A stretch of DNA of 45,971 nucleotides, taken from Stramenopiles sp. TOSAG23-2. Taxonomy: Eukaryota. Location of the stretch: NCBI GenBank assembly GCA_900128395.1, contig LT649285.1:1-45971 (forward strand), in the 5' to 3' direction. Below the pieces are notes generated by a model that was not told the DNA's origin, searched no databases, and saw only the letters and a list, made by a program, of their open reading frames with translations. The translations under genes were made by a program, and so were the position numbers. This document shows, piece after piece, positions 40,501-45,971 of the stretch. The stretch's first letter is position 1; each line of letters starts with the position of its first letter.

Positions 40501-42459
40501 TGCGATTGATTTTTTAACTGGATGGCATTTGCATTTACCACTTTTGATATCACATTCACCATGTTCTACGTAACGGATGGAGCACAATTTACCTTTGTAA
40601 CCTTTATCGCAAATACATTTGCCTTCTTTACAGTGACCGTGATCCCAACAGTTATTTGGGCATGCTTTGTGCTGGCAACCTTTACCAGTCCAGTGTGCGT
40701 TACATAAGCAAGTACCATTGATACATTGACCTTGTCTTTTCTCTTCGTTACAGTTCAATGGACATTTCTCGTCTTTACAATCAATACCCATGTATAATTT
40801 GAAGCATTTTACAGTGCCATCATCCAAAACCAAACCATGGCCTGGAACTACGTACCTGGTGTTACATGCAGGACCATCCCAACCTCTGTCGCATTTACAT
40901 GCGACTTTCAATGAGCCTTTCTTTTCTGGTCCACAGATACCATTACCGGAGCAAGTTGCAGATGGTTGACATACTGGCGTTTGGCAATCAGCATCACCCC
41001 ATCCTTGAGCACAGAAACAAGTTCCGTTGAAACAATGTCCATGTGCAATACCTTCTTTGTTTTTGCAATCTTTTGGGCAATTGATGAAATCACATGCTTT
41101 GCCGGAGAAACCAACATCGCATACGCATGTACCATTACCGTCACAAGTGCCATGTCCACTGCAGCCTTTTGGGCATTGTTTAAAACCACAATCTCTATGG
41201 GTGTAACCTGCATCGCAAGTACATACACCGGAAGGAGAACATTTACCATGTTTACTACAAGCATTTGGGCATGTTTTCATAGCACAGTTCAAACCACGGT
41301 AACCTTCAGCACATTCACATACACCATCGGTACATTTACCACGGCCGGAACAGTCGTCTGGGCAAGCTTTGATGGAGCAATCAGCGCCAATGAACGGGTT
41401 TTCACATACACATTTGAAGTTAGCACAGGTACCGTGTCCACTACAATCTTTTGGGCAGATCATTTTTTGGCACGCAACACCTTTCCATCCTTGTCTACAG
41501 ATACAAGTTCCATTGTCACAGTAACCATGTTCCGCACATGCATCTGCGCACAATCTGATGGAGCAATCAGCGCCTCTCCATCCTGGGTTACAGAAGCATT
41601 TGTTTGGTTCTTTTGCACCGCAAATACCATGTCTGCTACAGTCGTTTTCACATACCATAATGGAACAGTCACTACCTTTCCATCCTGGCATACATTTACA
41701 GGTTCCGGATTTACATACACCATTTCCTGCGCACATACTTCCATCTTTCATTGGGCATGTTGGGATATCACATGCTTTACCGGTGTAATCGGAGTTACAG
41801 GTACATAATCCGTTCATTTCGCATTTTCCGTTACCAGAGCAATCTTTTGGACAACGTGGTAACGCACAGTCAACACCTCTCCATCTTGGATCACAAGTAC
41901 AGTTTCCTTTACGGCAAGTACCGTGGTCGGAGCAATCTTTTGGGCATGCACGTTCGGAACAATCCTCACCTGCAAAGCCATGGTAACAGTAGCAAGTACC
42001 GTTCCAGCATTCACCTTGTGCGGAGCAACCGTTTAAACATGCGCGCACGGAACAGTCATTGCTTGACCATCCATCTGCACAACGGCATTCACCTCCCATA
42101 CAATCACCATGTCCACTACAGTCGTTTGCGCATTGTTTTGCGATAGCTTCTGCATCACCACCTTCAGTTGGTGCTTGGCGATCTTGTTGTTGTTGATTGC
42201 GATCTTGTTGTTGATTTAAATCTTGTTCTACGTCATCACGTTTATTTGCTTTATTTTGAGTTGTTAATTCATCCATAACTTGTTTTGCATTTGCATCACC
42301 ATCGTTGCTACCAGTTGCAGCCATACGTGTCTTTTGAATAGTATTACTACCAGTTCCTGGTAACATAATGTTATCTTTTGCAGTGGAGTGTATTGCATTA
42401 GTTGTTGCTAATGCTGCCACTAGAAAAGTAATGAATATTAAAAGTTTATTCATATTCAA
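37570..42459 (-). CDS. Secreted tenascin-type EGF-repeat protein
   Basis: 1629 aa with a signal peptide and roughly 45 (estimated from length) CPxxCSxHGxCxxGxCxCxxG(W/F/Y)xGxxC repeats. C-terminal CxxxC array and no TM segment. Confidence 0.93.
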   Translation of the reverse strand: MNMNKLLIFITFLVAALATTNAIHSTAKDNIMLPGTGSNTIQKTRMAATGSNDGDANAKQVMDELTTQNKANKRDDVEQDLNQQQDRNQQQQDRQAPTEGGDAEAIAKQCANDCSGHGDCMGGECRCADGWSSNDCSVRACLNGCSAQGECWNGTCYCYHGFAGEDCSERACPKDCSDHGTCRKGNCTCDPRWRGVDCALPRCPKDCSGNGKCEMNGLCTCNSDYTGKACDIPTCPMKDGSMCAGNGVCKSGTCKCMPGWKGSDCSIMVCENDCSRHGICGAKEPNKCFCNPGWRGADCSIRLCADACAEHGYCDNGTCICRQGWKGVACQKMICPKDCSGHGTCANFKCVCENPFIGADCSIKACPDDCSGRGKCTDGVCECAEGYRGLNCAMKTCPNACSKHGKCSPSGVCTCDAGYTHRDCGFKQCPKGCSGHGTCDGNGTCVCDVGFSGKACDFINCPKDCKNKEGIAHGHCFNGTCFCAQGWGDADCQTPVCQPSATCSGNGICGPEKKGSLKVACKCDRGWDGPACNTRYVVPGHGLVLDDGTVKCFKLYMGIDCKDEKCPLNCNEEKRQGQCINGTCLCNAHWTGKGCQHKACPNNCWDHGHCKEGKCICDKGYKGKLCSIRYVEHGECDIKSGKCKCHPVKKSIAAFEGQMWTGDDCATKSCPDDCSSKGSCVEGSCQCEEGWTGPNCGVTACDKECGFNGRCMNDGKCKCDPGFRGRDCTEKYCPNNCNGNGVCINSTCVCNLVDVNPAFHGQKFAGVGCVAKTCKDDCNSKTENGKCKAEDGTCQCSEMFAGIDCSVPRCKDMCSFHGRCMKDRTCKCDAGYTGKTCAVKVCPNGCSGHGKCGPKKCCECASGWEGDDCSKESCPAKGVAPLKCCPNKCGGHGTCEDAKCNCAPGFTGASCARKACLNECSYNGRCNEGICECDDDHEGEDCSRRICPKKCSGNGVCSIDLTCKCNEGFMGADCATKACPRNCTGRGMCHNGTCFCHREWTGAACEVKACPNECSDHGLCRQGVCKCDPGYTDADCSLQYCPKNCNGHGSCVDNSRCVCEPGFEGAGCETKQCPMKCSNHGECVLGECHCAPGWTGEGCSKPDCPDACNSRGECLSGACKCKPGWGGKACQKQECPNQCTSKAQGSCNSETFECTCKKGWTGDDCSKKACPEDCNGHGQCQSDGVCLCQNMWTGESCKFPTCPNSCSGHGMCIGDKCKCDPKFKGDDCSVRQCPNACSGHGECMDKEDYKCKCGDGFTGEDCGWKKCPNDCNAQHGSCKLTTSQEGEKVSKCICEDGWTGADCMSKACNGCVNGVCTTVSVKNSTDGVEKMEGKCVCNKGFIGEKCDKTGCVNNCNDHGTCDTDDKGNGICKCSVGYHGEACEKKDCPNGCSGHGVCEAAECTCSEGYTGKDCSQRGCPTNDLKKMCSGQGLCLNGTCTCHDGFFGSDCGHRKCPRDCSGHGTCNTMTGKCDCKACKSCSQAWTGPACDVQTCPEDCNHNGVCHTTTGKCRCKPGFAGKACEIKLCPNQCSNNGLCANGLCVCFDGWRGLNCSISMKPKAAPKAVVDKFTTEECVDKCVDKCMTKCANDKEAKTTECVSKCHNPCVSSCTKRKSKENSVIAESSKTADK

Positions 42460-42647
42460 ATTATTTTCCTGATCTATTAAAATTAATCGTCTCTTGATCT
42501 GTTCACTATAGTTTATACAATTATTATCTAATAATTATATAATATATATATATATATATATCTTTCACTGATATCTTCTATTATTGTTTCTTGTTGTTAC
42601 ATCTTTGTTATCTATATTTTTATCTATTCTCTATATTTAATTGTAAG

Positions 42648-43199
42648 TCAATGCTAATTAATGCTAATTTTAATATCAGGCTTTATCACCTCCCTCCTTT
42701 TTTTATAAATTTCTTTTACGAAATGAAGTGAAGGCACTTCGTAATGTTTATGCCTTTGAATACTAGATATTGTACTTGGAATGAGAAAAAGTACCTATCA
42801 AATTATTTTTCACCTCATTATTATATTCAATGCTAATTAATGCTAATTTTAATATCAGGCTTTATCACCTCCCTCCTTTTTTTATAAATTTCTTTTACGA
42901 AATGAAGTGAAGGCACTTCGTAATGTTTATGCCTTTGAATACTAGATATTGTACTTGGAATGAGAAAAAGTACCTATCAAATTATTTTTCACCTCATTAT
43001 TATATTTTACATGGAAATACCTACTCGATAATCTTTCGCTGATAAAAGTGAGGACGATTTTTAAACCTTAAAATATAGAAGGTGAATAGCATTACGTCAT
43101 TTAGGCCGTAATAGCACTACGAAGGTACATTAGATTTTTATATTCAATGCTAATTAATGCTAATTTTAATATCAGGCTTTATCACCTCCCTCCTTTTTT
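42648..43199. repeat. Tandem duplication, period 179 bp, plus a third 56-bp partial copy
   Basis: tcaatgctaattaatgctaattttaatatcaggc... at 42648, 42827 and 43144. Confidence 0.93.
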
Positions 43200-43771
43200 G
43201 AGAGGTGCAAGAGTGTGCGAGTTTTCATCTTCGTTCTATTTTTTGGCCGATTAACTATACTTGTGCACTTATTGGTATTACTCCAGTTTCTATCCAATCC
43301 TATATGATGATAAACTACCATCACCACATCATTGATTCTATCTATCCTAGGACCTAGGACCAACATTGAAAATAGAAAATTAGAAAAATAGCACAATAGG
43401 TAATAACAAAATAGCTACAACATCATTTAATAATACAGTAGCTAGTAATTAGCACCTATAACTAAGTAATACACAATAATAGGTGCATACTGTATTATAG
43501 TGTGCAATCCAGGCAATGTGCATGCCAATAATAATATAAACACACAACAATAATAATAATAATAAATTCAATAAACAAACATATTCTTCAATATATTTTA
43601 GATGATATATCAATTACAAACAAGTAGAACAAGTAGAACAAGTGCATGCAAGTAAAAAAGTAGAACTATAACTACAAACAACAAACAACTTTATATATAC
43701 CACATATACTACCTACCTGCAAATACACACACACACACACATATATATACACCATTCATGGTAATAAAAAG

Positions 43772-45787
43772 ATGGGAAAGTTTTATCATAATCACAACCG
43801 AAGTTGGAAACGAAACATACGACTATTCATAACGACATTATTCAATATAATAATAATACTCATTTCAATAAACAGCCGTTATTCTTTTTCCAATAATAAA
43901 AATAACAAGAATGCTATTATGGTTTTAGTTCGTGCTGATATAATTGAATTTGATGTTGATGAATATGATAGTAATTATGAAACACTCGATTCGCTGCCGC
44001 CATCTTTTCCAACATCAGAACCATCAAATGCACCACCAACAAAAGCAGAATATGTAGAAACTGCATCTTCAAAAATTGAAATTGTAACTACAAAAGAAAC
44101 AACCAATAATGTAGTAACAACTGTAATAACGAAAGCAACTAGATTGATCATTTTTATAGGTATTCTATGTTTTATTTTATATTTGCACATGAACAATATG
44201 CAATTTCATAAAGAAAAAAAAGAAAAAAAGTTTGAGAAAGGCATTGAAAATGCATTTACTGCAAATGTAAAGTACAACGATAAAATAAAAGCAATAAAAA
44301 CATTATTGGAACCTGAAATTATACCGAAAAAATATCATAATACATCATTGTTAGAGGATGGTTTATATTTATTAAATATACTAAAACAATGTAAATATGT
44401 AGATGATACATTGATATCAATTAACAATATAAACAATGATGTGAAACAAGAACAAGATTGTAACGAAGCAAAAATTGCTATTTTAAATGATAGTAATATA
44501 CTTCACAATGAATGTAAAAATATGTACGAAACTTTGAAAAATAATAATAAAACAAATACAAAAACAATTATCACATCTTATTATACGCATTATTCCAACG
44601 AATTTATACAAAAATATGAAGATATAAAATCAATGAAAAACATATTAGAAAATTATATTATAAACAATAATCGAAAAGATGACGAACAAAAAGTAGATGG
44701 TGATGTAATGTATTTAAACAGTAGTGATCATAACAATAACAACAACAACAACAACGCAATGACCGCCATCGTTGGCTCACCAATGATACATACTAATATT
44801 AATAATAGTAATACTGCTATTACATTAAATTCACCATCTGTAGAAGAAATGAAAAGTCAAATGAAATTAGCTTTCCCATTAATTAAAGCAGAAAAAATTG
44901 AATCAATGGTTGCAGATAAAATGTTAGATTACAAGATGAAACAGAAATTAGAAATGGATCGACAAAAATTTGAGATAAACAAGACAATAGCGATTGAACA
45001 GAAGAAAGATGAAAGGCATAAAGAAAATAAAAAAGAAAAGGAAAAAGCAAATGAAAAAGCATTTAAATTAAAAGAACAAGAAATAAAATTAAATGAACGA
45101 CAACACAAGGAAAATCTCGACCAACAAAAAAACATTGCAAATAGTCAAGCGAGACAGAAACAACAAGAATTTGATCAAAAAGAAATGGAAAAACAGGAAA
45201 AATTGAAATATGAGTACATGTATATGTCACTTACTTTAGGGGTTTGGATTTTTTGTATTGTATTATGTATGAAATTTAGGCTTAGTTTAATTGAAAAATT
45301 TAATGGCGAAGCTGCCTCAAATTCAATATTTGAAACAATGTTTTACAATGTTATGCCAACTTGGTTTTCCGTTGAATATTTTGAATTGCTTTTATGTTTC
45401 CTTGGATCAGCGTTATTAATGGTGTATTCAAATATGTTATTTGCTATGCTGCCACCTATGGGTCTTGTATATAGTTGGTTTGGTGAGGACATATATGACA
45501 TCCTCGAAAGAGGTAAAGGATATGCTTTATGGTACATTTTACTCGTTGTATTTTGTTATCAAATGATCCCATATATATTTTTTTCTTCCAGAGGGTGGGA
45601 TGTTCATATATTTGGTGTTGATATTTTACCTTTCTTGATTAAATTATTTTTCCCATTTGTCTTTGTATGTGTAGCATATTATTGTTCATTAAACATTATT
45701 TGTGGAGCAGAAGATACTACTTGTAGAGACATGATATGGGAAAATGTATGGAATGTTGTTGCATTTATTATTGGAGATTTGTTTTAA
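43772..45787 (+). CDS. Hypothetical multi-pass membrane protein with central coiled coil
   Basis: 671-aa intronless ORF with N-terminal hydrophobic segments, a K/E/Q-rich coil and several C-terminal TM segments. Confidence 0.82.
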   Translation: MGKFYHNHNRSWKRNIRLFITTLFNIIIILISINSRYSFSNNKNNKNAIMVLVRADIIEFDVDEYDSNYETLDSLPPSFPTSEPSNAPPTKAEYVETASSKIEIVTTKETTNNVVTTVITKATRLIIFIGILCFILYLHMNNMQFHKEKKEKKFEKGIENAFTANVKYNDKIKAIKTLLEPEIIPKKYHNTSLLEDGLYLLNILKQCKYVDDTLISINNINNDVKQEQDCNEAKIAILNDSNILHNECKNMYETLKNNNKTNTKTIITSYYTHYSNEFIQKYEDIKSMKNILENYIINNNRKDDEQKVDGDVMYLNSSDHNNNNNNNNAMTAIVGSPMIHTNINNSNTAITLNSPSVEEMKSQMKLAFPLIKAEKIESMVADKMLDYKMKQKLEMDRQKFEINKTIAIEQKKDERHKENKKEKEKANEKAFKLKEQEIKLNERQHKENLDQQKNIANSQARQKQQEFDQKEMEKQEKLKYEYMYMSLTLGVWIFCIVLCMKFRLSLIEKFNGEAASNSIFETMFYNVMPTWFSVEYFELLLCFLGSALLMVYSNMLFAMLPPMGLVYSWFGEDIYDILERGKGYALWYILLVVFCYQMIPYIFFSSRGWDVHIFGVDILPFLIKLFFPFVFVCVAYYCSLNIICGAEDTTCRDMIWENVWNVVAFIIGDLF

Positions 45788-45971
45788 AAATAAAAAATAA
45801 AAATATTTATATACCATATATATATGATATATATAAAAAATTCTCTTATATTAAATATATTTTAATAATCTTTTTTTAAAAATACGAAATACTTCGTACG
45901 GCTGCGTAATATTTTATTTTTTTTTACACAATAAACCTGCTTTTACCTCTTCCTCCCCGACCTCTACCTCT

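Noticed and set aside
7225-43199. CRISPR-like array interpretation of the repeats
   Set aside because: Repeats are two-copy tandem duplications of unique DNA with no repeat-spacer periodicity and no cas genes; the context is eukaryotic.

Overview
AT-rich, gene-dense eukaryotic nuclear DNA from a protist. A stramenopile-like single-cell or metagenome assembly is my inference and is not proven by the sequence. About 17 protein-coding genes are supportable: a partial tubulin cofactor C-like gene, an AP2-domain protein, a tail-anchored coiled-coil repeat protein, a C2H2 protein, an ER-retained (DDEL) GT4 glycosyltransferase, a sigma-like GST, a Rieske non-heme oxygenase with a Zn-finger-like N-terminus, an IQ/WW protein, an ankyrin/IQ/SPRY protein, a VPS9 GEF, a GPH/MFS_2 transporter, a CDC48-family AAA ATPase, an F-box protein, a D-2-hydroxyacid dehydrogenase, a secreted tenascin-type EGF-repeat protein and two unknown membrane proteins. 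The strongest unexplained signal is in the seven GT-AG introns I can place. They lie in four unrelated genes yet resemble each other, forming two related subfamilies with a TAAATTCTA-like box upstream of an extended CTAAC branch motif, and four sit at the same G|GT...AG|GT phase-1 site. This suggests Introner-like spreading introns or an unusual lineage-specific splicing signal. Also present are three non-autonomous TIR elements, a ~360-bp foldback, a 73-nt cloverleaf-like island and twelve 76-179 bp tandem duplications that are most likely assembly artefacts.
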